A DNA stretch of 64,000 bases from Candidatus Saccharimonadales bacterium (GTDB lineage: Bacteria > Patescibacteriota > Saccharimonadia > Saccharimonadales > JAXHNE01): the NCBI GenBank assembly GCA_041600755.1, contig JBFIJL010000001.1:56798-120797 (forward strand), given 5' to 3'. Positions 8,851-18,667 of the stretch are shown piece after piece. A program made the translations under genes and the position numbers. Each line of letters opens with the position of its first letter. Position 1 is the stretch's first letter. The notes beneath the pieces were generated by a model. That model had not been told where the DNA came from. It saw only the letters and a list, made by a program, of their open reading frames with translations, and did no database searches.

Positions 8851-10284
8851 CTACGTAATTACTCGAACTTTTACTGTGTCGGTTGTGCCAACAACTCCTG
8901 GATATTGACCACTTGCGGTAATGACCATATCGCCCTTGCTAAATACTCGGCTTTTTTGAAGCCAGGAAGTTAGTTTTGTTGCGGCTTTGGGATCATCGGG
9001 GCGGATAAAACTTTTAATTCCATAAGATATCGCTAATTGTTGCGCCACGCGCTCATCGGAAGTTACGGCGATGATTGGCAAGCCTGGTCGCCGTGAACTA
9101 ATGTTGATTGCCGTAGATCCAGATTTGGTTTCTGCGACAATTGCTTTTGCTCCAAGATTATCTGCGAGGCTGATGATCGCCAGCGATATTGCATTTTGCC
9201 GCGTTTTGTCATCATATTTAGGAAATGTAACTTGCAGTGGTGCATTTGCCTGTGAATACATGATCACGCGCTTCATGACACGCACTGCTTCAATTGGGTA
9301 CTTGCCAGCGGCTGTTTCGTCCGACAGCATTGTGGCATCAGCTCCGACTATTACAGCCGTCGCAACATCTGACACTTCGGCGCGCGTAGGCTCTGGGAAT
9401 TCCGACATACTTGCAAGCATTTGAGTAGCTACAATAGTTGGTTTGCCGTAACGCATTCCAAGGCCTATGATTTTGCGCTGCACAATTGGCACCGACTCAG
9501 GAGAAGTTTCAATCGCCAAGTCGCCGCGAGCGACCATTACAGCATCGGCTTCCTGGACTATCGCCTCTAGGTTATCTATCGCAGCATTTGTTTCTATCTT
9601 GGCAATGATCTTAGCTTTTGAGCCGTGATTCCGTAGAATTGTGCGAAGTTGACGAATATCTGCAGCAGTCTGGACAAAACTAAGTGCCATGTAATCAACG
9701 TCGTGTGCTGCACCAAAAACTACGTCTTTTTTGTCCTTGCCGGTTATTATGTCACCGCCAAAATCAGTATCCGGCAGGTTTATGCCTTTGCGCTTAATCA
9801 AAATTCCGTCGTTCTCCACTCGTACATGAACCATATCGTCGGAAACGCTGGTAATAGTAGTGCGCACTTTTCCATCATAAATATAAAGACGCTCTCCACG
9901 CTTCACTTTTTTTGATAAATCAAACTGTACTGGAATTGGACCACCTTCGCGGTACTCTCCCTTGTATTGCAGCTGTAGCTGCTGGCCAGCCTTCACGGTG
10001 ACTATGCCCTCAAAGTCACCAAGACGAATTTTTGGACCTTGTAAATCTTGAATGATTGCAACTGGCTTGCTAAGCTCTTTCGAAGCTTTTCTCGCCCAAT
10101 TAATACGAGTCAAGTGCTCATCATAATCGCCATGGCTAAAGTTGAGTCGAATTCCATTCGCGCCATTATCAATCAACGCTCGGACCAATTCATAGGTATC
10201 AGTCGCCGGGCCGGCCGTTGCGATAATCTTTGTTCGCTTGTAATCTTCCACGGCAACGCCCGGAGCTTTCATTGTGCTATTCAT
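8851..10284 (-). CDS. pyk: Pyruvate kinase
   Basis: KIIATAGPAT..., ...NFSHG..., KIIAKIE, MVARGDLAIE motifs; 477 aa. Confidence 0.9.
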   Translation of the reverse strand: MNSTMKAPGVAVEDYKRTKIIATAGPATDTYELVRALIDNGANGIRLNFSHGDYDEHLTRINWARKASKELSKPVAIIQDLQGPKIRLGDFEGIVTVKAGQQLQLQYKGEYREGGPIPVQFDLSKKVKRGERLYIYDGKVRTTITSVSDDMVHVRVENDGILIKRKGINLPDTDFGGDIITGKDKKDVVFGAAHDVDYMALSFVQTAADIRQLRTILRNHGSKAKIIAKIETNAAIDNLEAIVQEADAVMVARGDLAIETSPESVPIVQRKIIGLGMRYGKPTIVATQMLASMSEFPEPTRAEVSDVATAVIVGADATMLSDETAAGKYPIEAVRVMKRVIMYSQANAPLQVTFPKYDDKTRQNAISLAIISLADNLGAKAIVAETKSGSTAINISSRRPGLPIIAVTSDERVAQQLAISYGIKSFIRPDDPKAATKLTSWLQKSRVFSKGDMVITASGQYPGVVGTTDTVKVRVIT

Positions 10285-10404
10285 TACTACCAGTGTAGCG
10301 CCATCTTGAATTAGCGCAAGCGTTATCTTAGCAGAGAGTCACTGTTTTTATACAAATCTACAGCTAAACGCTGGTCATAGTTCGGGTGCTTACTTCTGTT
10401 TCTT

Positions 10405-10578
10405 TTCAGAAACTCACGGGGAATACTTGGGTATATTCTGCTTAAGCTGCGAGTGAGCGAGCTCCCTCGGTCTTGCCTGAATATCGACCCCTCGTTCGCT
10501 ATGCTCACTTATTTCGGGGTTCGCTTCCGCCAGGCAATACAAAGAAAAATAGACCAGCATTAGCTGATCTATTTTTCT
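10405..10578 (-). repeat. tRNA-Glu downstream segment. It begins with a 12-nt partial copy of the tRNA-Glu T-arm/acceptor 3' strand (ctcacggggaat) and ends with the tRNA terminator.
   Basis: ctcacggggaat at 10410-10421 matches tRNA-Glu 10586-10597 and is followed by gtatattctgc, a motif shared with the tRNA-Arg segment at 33485-33598 (tRNA-Gly segment at 39674-39727 has the variant ggtattctc). Terminator hairpin tagaccagc-att-agctgatcta plus T-run abuts the tRNA 3' end. Confidence 0.4.
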
Positions 10579-10653
10579 TGGTGATCTCACGGGGAATCGA
10601 ACCCCGATTGCCAGGATGAAAACCTGGTGTCCTAACCGTTAGACGATGAGACC
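10579..10653 (-). tRNA. tRNA-Glu (anticodon TTC)
   Basis: Revcomp GGTCTCATCGTCTAACGGTTAGGACACCAGGTTTTCATCCTGGCAATCGGGGTTCGATTCCCCGTGAGATCACCA: cloverleaf folds, anticodon loop TTTTCAT, CCA encoded. Confidence 0.85.
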
Positions 10654-10966
10654 ATATTTGAACATATTCATTGTAAGGTGCGGACTGGCAATCTGCCAGT
10701 ATGTCTTGTTTATCGTTCGATACAAGCATCGATAACTGGCTTCCTAGCCGCAAGACAATGAGACCATTGCTACAATGCTTTATGTAGATTTTAACCGCTC
10801 AAGTGTAGCATAACAGAGGCGGAAATGAAACACCCTACATTGTTTATATGCAGGGTGTTTCAAGAATGTTCTTACGAGATAGCGGTCAGTCAATACTCGT
10901 TTGTTGTACCTAGCTAAACTCTAGCATATTTTTGCGATTCTAGCTAGGTACTTATCCACAGCCCTC

Positions 10967-12559
10967 TTAGAGGAAGCGTCGTGAAAGAACAATTTTGTGA
11001 GCGAATCCTGCGGCAATTGTAGCTGCTGCAAAGATGCCGATCATATCTGCTGGGCCTGTCTTTGGAAGTTCAGGCGTAACACAGTCAGGGCTGTTCTTTG
11101 GCAAGTTTTCTTTGCCTGGGATTGGGCAGTTCTCAACTTCTTTTTCGGTGTTGATAACAACCTTACAGCTTTCGCCTGACTTGCTTTGCACTGCACCATC
11201 AACATTGAAGTCAACAGTTAGGGATGCAGCATAGTCGCCAGACTTAGCATATGTGTGCTCAACAACTGTCTTGTCGGTCACCATAACTTCAGTCTTGTCG
11301 CCAAAGTCATATCGGTATTGCTTGATAGTCGCACCGCCAGTAGCAGTAGCTTTCGCAGTGAACTGGTATTTTAGGTTTCCTAGTTTCTTTAGTTCAAGCA
11401 AATCACAGCTGTAAGTAGGCGTTACTTCATCACAGTTTTCTTTTGTGACGATAACTGTAGCGTCATCTTCCTGTTGAGTAACATCATCTGCTCGAACTCG
11501 AGCAATGTTCTTGAGCGTAGTGACACACTCTTCGAGCTCGCTTGCCGCTGCAATCTTGGTGTCGAACGTAATGTAGCCATTCGAACCGCTCGTGTATGAA
11601 CCAGCGTTTACGCCGTTTGAGTCAAACAAATCTTCGTCATCAAGTGCAAGTCCGTTTTTGTGAGCTGCGTCTACTAGCTTTACGCTTCCGTCGACAACAT
11701 CAAGGTTCGCAGGAAGCGTATCCTTAATGGTTGTATTGTTCAACTGTGCAGTTCCAACGTTCTTATATGTAATGAGCCACTTGGCTATGTCACCTGGTTT
11801 TGCGTGAGCTGAATCCTGGTATGATCCATCACCAACTTTCACTTTCTTCTCAAATTCAACGGCAGGGGCCTTTACTTTAACCTTGATGTACACGAACGCC
11901 TGGTATTCGAAACAACCTGGCAATACACCATTCAACTGATTGTAGCCAATCGTTGCGCCGTCAGTCACGATGCTATCGCTAAGAGCAAATCCCGTGCCAC
12001 CGTTATGACCAGTTACGAGCGTTGCAGAGCCTGGAATATATTCAAGACTGAAGGCGTTTTCGCCAACAAACTCAGATGTATCAGATACAACTGCAGGGGT
12101 TGCGTTACTTGCAGAGATATAGCTTGTAGCTTTTAGATTCTGTGCTGTTCCTGTAGGGAGCTTAAATCGCACTTTTGCGTCCTTTGCAACAGTAGGTCCG
12201 TCGTAGTTCTCGCCATTCAAGTCCTGGTTGCCGTTGTTGTGAACATACACACGAAGCGTAAGTTCATCTCCAGCGTCAACGCCGCCAAGAACATCCTTAT
12301 AGTTGTCTGCCGCATCGTTCCCAACACCTTCACGAGCATCAAAGAAATGCCGTTCATCACCGTAGTATGGCGTGTTGACGAACGAGTTGAATACGACCTT
12401 GTCGAATCCACCTCGGTCTGTAGTATTATTCCAATCCTTTATAGGGCGTTCTGGGAAGAAGCCGGCAAAAGCAATGGCAGGAACTGCGATTGCAGTTGCA
12501 GCAAAGATTGCAAGTGTTGCCTTTTTGCTGTTAGCCTTGATGTATTGTAGTACTTTCAT
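10967..12559 (-). CDS. Secreted surface protein with LPXTG cell-wall sorting signal
   Basis: N-terminal signal peptide (MKVLQYIKANSKKATLAIFAATAIAVPAIAFA). C-terminal LPKTGP + hydrophobic stretch + RRFL tail = classical sortase substrate. Confidence 0.75.
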   Translation of the reverse strand: MKVLQYIKANSKKATLAIFAATAIAVPAIAFAGFFPERPIKDWNNTTDRGGFDKVVFNSFVNTPYYGDERHFFDAREGVGNDAADNYKDVLGGVDAGDELTLRVYVHNNGNQDLNGENYDGPTVAKDAKVRFKLPTGTAQNLKATSYISASNATPAVVSDTSEFVGENAFSLEYIPGSATLVTGHNGGTGFALSDSIVTDGATIGYNQLNGVLPGCFEYQAFVYIKVKVKAPAVEFEKKVKVGDGSYQDSAHAKPGDIAKWLITYKNVGTAQLNNTTIKDTLPANLDVVDGSVKLVDAAHKNGLALDDEDLFDSNGVNAGSYTSGSNGYITFDTKIAAASELEECVTTLKNIARVRADDVTQQEDDATVIVTKENCDEVTPTYSCDLLELKKLGNLKYQFTAKATATGGATIKQYRYDFGDKTEVMVTDKTVVEHTYAKSGDYAASLTVDFNVDGAVQSKSGESCKVVINTEKEVENCPIPGKENLPKNSPDCVTPELPKTGPADMIGIFAAATIAAGFAHKIVLSRRFL

Positions 12560-12584
12560 GGTTGTCTCCTTTACTTATTCTGAC

Positions 12585-14141
12585 TTAGTCTTCTAGCTCA
12601 ACTTCAATTGGAGCGAGGCCGTTTGGTGCACTCGAGTATCTTCGACGCTGCTCGAATGTGAGTCCTGCAATGCCTCCGGCTGCAATGACTGACATTGGAA
12701 CCGGCACAGTGCCGTCACTTGGTGATTCAGGTGTATTAATTGGCTCATCAGGAGCTTCTGCTTCAGGGATGCTGGTCGTAGTGTTTGGGTTCTCACCTGG
12801 CAAGTAACCATCCTCGTCTTGACCTTCATTATCAGTGTCAGGAACATTCGGATTCTCGCCTGGATCTCCAGGTTCTTGATCCTCATAACCAGGAATTGTA
12901 GGAAGCGGTTTAGGTGTCTTGGGAGTCGTAGTGGTTGTTGTCTCTGGGGTAGTGGTCGAAGTGGTGGTTGTTGTCTCTGGAGCAGTAGTAGACGTGGTTG
13001 GTGGGGTTGTAGTTGGAGGAGGGGTCGTTGTTGTTGGTGGGGTTGTAGTTGTAGGAGTTTCCTCTTCTGGAGTTTCAGGGATTTCAACAGAATCAAACGG
13101 CTGGAAGCCACAGTCTACGCGTGCTGCAATAGTCTGTACATTGCCGTCTTCGTCCAAGAAGCTAATCAAAGCGATTGCGTCATTGGCGCCAACTGCACGG
13201 TCGAGGTCATATGCTAATACGCCGTTTGCGTTATAAGCCATGTTCTTGTAATTTGCGCTATCAGAATTGAGTGTTACAACCCGAATTTCTGTTATATCAG
13301 AATTAAATATACGAGTATCTTCAAGCATAGACTCAGGTACACCGGCGTTCTTCAATGCTTCCTTGAGTACATCGCCTTGGTTCTGCTCATAACCGTTTTG
13401 TGCAGTCAGCATGTTTTGACCCATTTCAATTGCGCCGTTAGTTGTAATTTCTGAACCATTCCATGTTCCACCATTAAGAGATGAACCACTCATTTCGTGC
13501 ACGCCTGGAAGTTCTGCGTCTTTATCGTTTATAAATGTAACGTCGTCCATAGAGAGACCTATCGATTCAAGTTTTTCAATCTGATCAAGTCGCATCTCGG
13601 CACGGTTTCGGTTGGTTAGTTCACCTGATGCTTCAGCTTCGGATGCATCATTGTCGGCTTGTGTAGTCTCGGTGGTCTCTGAAGTAGTGGTGGTTGACCC
13701 ATCAACAGCGCCAACGATTTCACGGTGCGCTGGCTTATCTGCTTCGTTTTTTGCAAAAGCAAAGATTCCAGCAGCAACAACTGCTCCAAGTGCAGTAGCG
13801 GCTATCAATTTTCTGCCTCGACTCCACTTGCCTTCAGGAGCAGCCTCATCGTCAGTAGCTTCATCGTAATCATTCTCGCGACGCTTTTCACGCTCACCGG
13901 CAAACTTGCCTTTTGTCCCTTGTTCAGGCACCAAAATAGGCTCAATTTCTTTTTGATCCTGATCAAAAAGCTTTACTTCATCCTTTTCGACACTACTCTT
14001 CAGCAATGCGCCACTTTCCATAAAAGTAGCAAGCTGCGCTGACATGGCCTGGACCTGTTCTCGAAGTTCAGCTATTTCTGCACGCATCTGGTTAAGTACT
14101 TCAGATTCTGGATACTGTTTTAAAATTTCTGGGTTGCTCAT
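12585..14141 (-). CDS. Membrane-anchored Thr/Pro-rich (mucin-like) surface protein
   Basis: TM helix near residue 115; long TTTTPPTTTTPPPTTTPPTT low-complexity linker encoded by DNA-level tandem repeats at ~12900-13080; C-terminal hydrophobic segment. Confidence 0.55.
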   Translation of the reverse strand: MSNPEILKQYPESEVLNQMRAEIAELREQVQAMSAQLATFMESGALLKSSVEKDEVKLFDQDQKEIEPILVPEQGTKGKFAGEREKRRENDYDEATDDEAAPEGKWSRGRKLIAATALGAVVAAGIFAFAKNEADKPAHREIVGAVDGSTTTTSETTETTQADNDASEAEASGELTNRNRAEMRLDQIEKLESIGLSMDDVTFINDKDAELPGVHEMSGSSLNGGTWNGSEITTNGAIEMGQNMLTAQNGYEQNQGDVLKEALKNAGVPESMLEDTRIFNSDITEIRVVTLNSDSANYKNMAYNANGVLAYDLDRAVGANDAIALISFLDEDGNVQTIAARVDCGFQPFDSVEIPETPEEETPTTTTPPTTTTPPPTTTPPTTSTTAPETTTTTSTTTPETTTTTTPKTPKPLPTIPGYEDQEPGDPGENPNVPDTDNEGQDEDGYLPGENPNTTTSIPEAEAPDEPINTPESPSDGTVPVPMSVIAAGGIAGLTFEQRRRYSSAPNGLAPIEVELED

Positions 14142-14295
14142 TGTAATGATTCCTCCCCGTAAGGGTTAATTACTATCTCCACCGTGCCACCTCTGTTAGT
14201 AGAGATATTCACGTTCAAAATCTATTCTATCACTAATAAACATAAATGTCAATAGATATCACAATAATATCGTCAATAGCACAAGCGTGATGAAT

Positions 14296-16512
14296 CTAGG
14301 CTTCTTTTTTGAGTTCTTCGGCGATCTGTTCTAGCTTTTTCTTGGCAAACGTAAAGCCAAAAGTGCTGCCCTTGCCTTCTTCGGTTTCAAAGATTATTGC
14401 ACCGCCTTGAGTCACTACAACCTTCTTGGCCATAAATAGACCAAGCCCAGTCCCGTCTGGCCGAGCTTTGCGTGCATTTCCAGCGCGGAAAAATTTGCTA
14501 AACAGATTATGTCGCTCGGATTTTGGAACACCCATACCGGTGTCTTTTACTGTATATTCGATAGTTTCACCCTTGTCCACCAATCCAACCTCAATTTTTC
14601 CACCAGCTGGTGTGTAGTAGATGGCATTGTCTATAAAGTTCATTATCACCTGGCGAATCTTGGTTTCGTCAATCATGACTGACGGGAAGTTCTTTGGCTT
14701 TTTAAAACTCAGTTTCAAATCGCGAGATTTAGCTGTTGGTTGTAGCTGTTCCACCTCTGTTTCAATCACTTTAGCAAGATCAGTTTCTTTAGGATCAATC
14801 ACGAATTTGCCAGTTTTGAGCCGAGATACGTTCAAGAGGTCGGCAATCAGGTACACCATGCGCTGTGAGCTCAGATACGCCTGTTCTAGCATCTTGTTTT
14901 GCTTGTCGTTCACTTCACCCACATCACCCTCAAGAACCATACTCAAATAGCCCTTGACGCTTGTAAGCGGCGTGCGCAGCTGATGCGACGCCATACTAAT
15001 GAACTCATCCTTAGTCTCATCCATCTGTTTGAGCTTTTCATTGGTCCGCTGAAGCTCTTTTGTGGCCGATTCCACCTTGTCCTGGAGTGTACTGGCAAAT
15101 TTCTCAATTTCCTCGTATCGCAAGGCATTTTGAATGGCAATCACTAGTTCGTTCAATATGATAGTCATCATGCGAATATCCTGCTTGTTGTATGGATTTC
15201 CGCTCTTTTTGGCCCCTAAGATAAGGTAACCTAAGCCTTCGAGGTTGGCTTCGCTCTCTGCTGCAAGCCGTCCGAGTACTGCAACATCATACTTTTGCAT
15301 CATGTGCTTTATTTCGCTAGATTCGTCCATTTCATCCGCAATAAATACATTCATGTTCTGTGAAGGCGTCAACTTACGAATCTTCTCTATATCCTCTTTG
15401 TGAAAGTCCTTCGGAACAGTACCTATGACACGTTGCGGTGAATATGCCGTTTCTTTCAGTCCAAACAGGCTAAACTGACTCTTTAGATTGGTGTCAATAA
15501 TCTCGGCACAGCGTCGAAGCAAAAGCTCGAGGTCGACAGTAGACACCAACTCTTTATTGAGCTGATCCAGAAAAACCTGAGGATCATAAGCATCCCTATA
15601 AAAAACGAAGTTAGTTTTTTTGTCGAAAAACCTCTTGAGTCCCTGAAACGACAAACCGATAAATAGTGCCGAAAGAGCGTAGAACACCTGCTCCGATAGT
15701 TTAATCTCATCCCCTGAAAAAATAACAACCGAAAGAGTCACTACGGTTAGAGAATATACAAGACCAAAGGTTAGTATTGATAAAAGATAGGCAGCTGATC
15801 GTGCAATAACAAGACGAACGTCAAATAAACCTTGTCTAAATAATCCATAAATTGTTAATCCTGTATAGAAAAACGGAGCACAATATCCAATAGCATAAAA
15901 CGTAGTATTGTCTCCAAATGCCAATGGAAGAACTATGATAAAAACTATTGCATGTACAATTGTAAGGGTTAAACCAGCCATAAGTGTAGACACCTGGCTT
16001 TTCAGCTTTTTATCTGCGCCACCTCTTAAAGATTTCGCGTTTTCTATATACACACTTGCGCAGACCAAAAGTGCGAGAACTGCCAGGATGGACGAGCCAG
16101 GCCCAGGTATATATTCTGCATTCCCTTCAAAAACGAACTCTCCAGATACAAATACAGTAGGCGAGGCTGCTATAGTTAATGCGGAAATTCCAAAGACTAT
16201 CTTTTGAAGTCTTTTGAACTGCTTCTTTTCAGGAAAATATAGACTAAAGAGATAGATGAAGAAAACTGACATTCCACCAAACATAAAACCAAGAATATTT
16301 GCAAAGTTAAAAAAATGCAGGTTTGAAACTGTTGCGTACGTATCTACATATAGAAGAAAAACATTAATCAGTGTCCATATGAAAATAGTACTGCACAATG
16401 CAGCAAATACTTTTTGTACACTAGAGTTTGACCGACGCCCTTCCAGCGCCATCCCAAGACTAATAAGAAGCTGGAAGACTGCAATTATCAACAATAGGGG
16501 TACTAAAAACAT
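14296..16512 (-). CDS. Sensor histidine kinase with multi-pass membrane N-terminal sensor region
   Basis: ≥7 predicted TM helices in the N-terminal ~380 aa. HisKA motif SHQLRTPLTSVKGY; HATPase_c (…DNAIYYTPAGG…DTGMGVP…GTGLGLF…). Confidence 0.85.
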   Translation of the reverse strand: MFLVPLLLIIAVFQLLISLGMALEGRRSNSSVQKVFAALCSTIFIWTLINVFLLYVDTYATVSNLHFFNFANILGFMFGGMSVFFIYLFSLYFPEKKQFKRLQKIVFGISALTIAASPTVFVSGEFVFEGNAEYIPGPGSSILAVLALLVCASVYIENAKSLRGGADKKLKSQVSTLMAGLTLTIVHAIVFIIVLPLAFGDNTTFYAIGYCAPFFYTGLTIYGLFRQGLFDVRLVIARSAAYLLSILTFGLVYSLTVVTLSVVIFSGDEIKLSEQVFYALSALFIGLSFQGLKRFFDKKTNFVFYRDAYDPQVFLDQLNKELVSTVDLELLLRRCAEIIDTNLKSQFSLFGLKETAYSPQRVIGTVPKDFHKEDIEKIRKLTPSQNMNVFIADEMDESSEIKHMMQKYDVAVLGRLAAESEANLEGLGYLILGAKKSGNPYNKQDIRMMTIILNELVIAIQNALRYEEIEKFASTLQDKVESATKELQRTNEKLKQMDETKDEFISMASHQLRTPLTSVKGYLSMVLEGDVGEVNDKQNKMLEQAYLSSQRMVYLIADLLNVSRLKTGKFVIDPKETDLAKVIETEVEQLQPTAKSRDLKLSFKKPKNFPSVMIDETKIRQVIMNFIDNAIYYTPAGGKIEVGLVDKGETIEYTVKDTGMGVPKSERHNLFSKFFRAGNARKARPDGTGLGLFMAKKVVVTQGGAIIFETEEGKGSTFGFTFAKKKLEQIAEELKKEA

Positions 16513-16552
16513 AACTACTTATGAGTATACATCCATGTCATATTAGACAAAA

Positions 16553-17380
16553 CTAAAGTTCATAGGTGGGCGCTGCAAACAAAGCCATATCATTGAATAC
16601 CTTTACATTATTGGGTGTTGTGGGTATTGATACGGGGCTATACTTGTGGTCAAATCCAAGCGTACCGTCAGTGTCGATAGTTGGCGTCTTGAGATCCTCG
16701 CGGCCAGCTACGGGCTCGTATTCAAGGCCAATCGCCCCCAATGAATGTACAGCCGGTTCGTTAAGATGAGCGAAGACTGCTGCTCGACCATCGGCTACTC
16801 CAGACTTTTCGATTACCTGGAATAATGCAATATATCCTAAATCTGAAACTCTTAGTCCGGTTTCTGTCTCAGACTTTTTCACCCTAAAGTTACTTTCAAC
16901 CGCTATGCATCTAGACAGGTCAACACCTCTGCTTGAGTAATACTCATGGACTTCATCCACAGTCAATCCCTGTCCGGAATCAATCAAATCATCAACGAGT
17001 GCTATACCTATCTCGTTTGAGTCACTATCTTCGACGTCTTCTTGTGACTGAGTTAGGACTTTAGAAGTCAGCCTGAATGCGTGAACAATCCCACGAGATT
17101 CTTCGCGCACGTCTACTAAAGCCAGAAACTTTGATTGATCTTCAAAATGCTCCATAACAGACGGCATTTCCGGGAATCTCTCAGCCTCTAGTGTTCTTAT
17201 CAGATTTGCATATGGCGTATCCTGACTTATCCATACGGCATTAATGGTCTTGGGATCATTTTCAGTGAATGAGTCTATCTCATCCACAAGAAGTTGTTCA
17301 AGGCTATTGAACTGCACTTCGCCTAACTTATAGTCCAGCTCAAAACCTTCTGCCGTGATTTCATTATTTGCTCTCATCAT
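16553..17380 (-). CDS. Hypothetical protein (acidic, 275 aa)
   Basis: No recognised motifs; stop/start overlap with the downstream gene at 17380. Confidence 0.4.
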   Translation of the reverse strand: MMRANNEITAEGFELDYKLGEVQFNSLEQLLVDEIDSFTENDPKTINAVWISQDTPYANLIRTLEAERFPEMPSVMEHFEDQSKFLALVDVREESRGIVHAFRLTSKVLTQSQEDVEDSDSNEIGIALVDDLIDSGQGLTVDEVHEYYSSRGVDLSRCIAVESNFRVKKSETETGLRVSDLGYIALFQVIEKSGVADGRAAVFAHLNEPAVHSLGAIGLEYEPVAGREDLKTPTIDTDGTLGFDHKYSPVSIPTTPNNVKVFNDMALFAAPTYEL

Positions 17381-18015
17381 TACTCCTCGTCCTTGACTAA
17401 ATTGTTTTTAGCTTGCATTTTCCGAATAAGCTTAGAAGCGCCAAATCTAGCACCCACTAAAGCAAATATTCCTGCGCCTATGTGTTCCGGTTCTGGCACC
17501 TCGATACCCTTGGCCATGAAATATCCCTGTACTGCGCAAAAGCCACTCAAACCCACTGCGCTCCTAGCCCCGTATCTTCGATTTTCTGCTTCTGTGCGGT
17601 TTGGGTTTTCCCTGTCAATAAGTAGCATACTGATCGCAGTCCCACCAACTAAGGCAGCTGCCCCTTTAGTGATTGAACTTGTTTTTGCATCTTTAGATAT
17701 TCCAACTTTTTCAAGAAGATTATTAGCTTTATCAAGACTCTTTTTTGCAACATTACTATCAAGTGCTCGAGCAGATGCAAAGCCTGCGGCTCCCTCTATG
17801 GCGAATGTTGCTGCGCCATAGGCACCTGCAGAGATAATCGGATTTCCATATGCTGCTTGCGCTGCACCAAATACACCAAAACGCATTGCTTCATTAGCAA
17901 ACGTCACCTCCGCAGCTATCACTAGTCCGCTAATTGCATCAAGCGCCTTGCTTCTTTCAGACTTCAGTTCAAAATTCTCTGAACCAGACTCAAGATCATA
18001 ATTAACATCAACCAT
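17380..18015 (-). CDS. Hypothetical Gly/Ala-rich membrane protein
   Basis: GxxxG/A-rich hydrophobic segments (FGVFGAAQAAYGNPIISAGAYGAATFAIEGAAGFASA); glycine-zipper-like. Confidence 0.4.
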   Translation of the reverse strand: MVDVNYDLESGSENFELKSERSKALDAISGLVIAAEVTFANEAMRFGVFGAAQAAYGNPIISAGAYGAATFAIEGAAGFASARALDSNVAKKSLDKANNLLEKVGISKDAKTSSITKGAAALVGGTAISMLLIDRENPNRTEAENRRYGARSAVGLSGFCAVQGYFMAKGIEVPEPEHIGAGIFALVGARFGASKLIRKMQAKNNLVKDEE

Positions 18016-18527
18016 TATTTATCTCCGATTAAATGCGCAGCATTCTGCCAGTCACTTGCTTGGAAAACAGCAACAACCATTGCGCACACTGGATGGTGTT
18101 TGCAGGTTTTACCTACGACTTTCATGTTAATTTCACCGAAATCAACGTTTCGAGTAGCCATCAGCGCCTCTAAGCTTTGTCGAATATCGCCTCTTACAGA
18201 TGACTCGCTATTGCCTTCATGCTCTACAAATAGACCCTTTTTGGATCCTTTTTCTTGCACCCAGCCAATGCCAGCCCATGCCTCTTCGTTGGGCTTTTCA
18301 ACTCGCTCTTCAGCCATGACAACATAAAGACGATCGCCCCAGCCACCTGGCATAATTTCGGCAGGGATTGGACCATGTTCATGAACCACAATATTAGTGT
18401 TTGGGGGAACTACTGAACTAAGTTTTAGTAAATTAAAATTAGCAATCCCCGCATCGTTCAATGCTGCGTCAAATGCTGCTAGTTTAGTTGGCCCCGACCC
18501 GATTCCTGGCGCTACATGAATATCCAT
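18015..18527 (-). CDS. pdaD: Pyruvoyl-dependent arginine decarboxylase (PdaD family)
   Basis: MDIHVAPGIGSGPTKLAAFDAALNDAGIANFNLLKLSSVVPP contains the conserved self-cleavage Ser-Ser context of PdaD proenzymes; size ~170 aa. Start moved to the internal Met preceded by AAGGAA. Confidence 0.65.
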   Translation of the reverse strand: MDIHVAPGIGSGPTKLAAFDAALNDAGIANFNLLKLSSVVPPNTNIVVHEHGPIPAEIMPGGWGDRLYVVMAEERVEKPNEEAWAGIGWVQEKGSKKGLFVEHEGNSESSVRGDIRQSLEALMATRNVDFGEINMKVVGKTCKHHPVCAMVVAVFQASDWQNAAHLIGDK

Positions 18528-18667
18528 ACTAATAATTCCTTTCAAATAAAAAACAGCATGTCGTTGCCTCAAATTGAGGACTGACATGCTGTTTTGTTTA
18601 CTAATGTACTGCCTTGCATGATACCACAAGCGGTGTATAATGTCAACTATATAATTAAAACAGAAAA

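Noticed and set aside
10300-10560. RNase P RNA or tmRNA candidate in the long pyk upstream region
   Set aside because: Neither the P4 motifs (GGAAAGUCCGGGC / ACAGAACCCGGCUUA) nor tmRNA terminal motifs are present; tmRNA is located at 223-602 instead.
10505-10753. 82-aa ORF on the minus strand
   Set aside because: It overlaps tRNA-Glu and terminator hairpins; its composition is that of non-coding DNA; likely spurious.
10690-10755. Sequence resembling a second tRNA-Glu 5' end (revcomp GGTCTCATTGTCTTGCGG...)
   Set aside because: Only the first ~12 nt match. No D-arm pairing, T-arm or acceptor 3' strand can be formed; the hairpins present (ctggca-atc-tgccag; tatcg...cgata) look like terminators. 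Possibly a decayed fragment, not a gene.
12900-13080. DNA tandem repeats (ggtggttgttgtctctgg-like) that could be mistaken for a CRISPR or satellite array
   Set aside because: They lie inside a long ORF and encode the Thr/Pro-rich linker; no spacer-repeat periodicity or cas genes.
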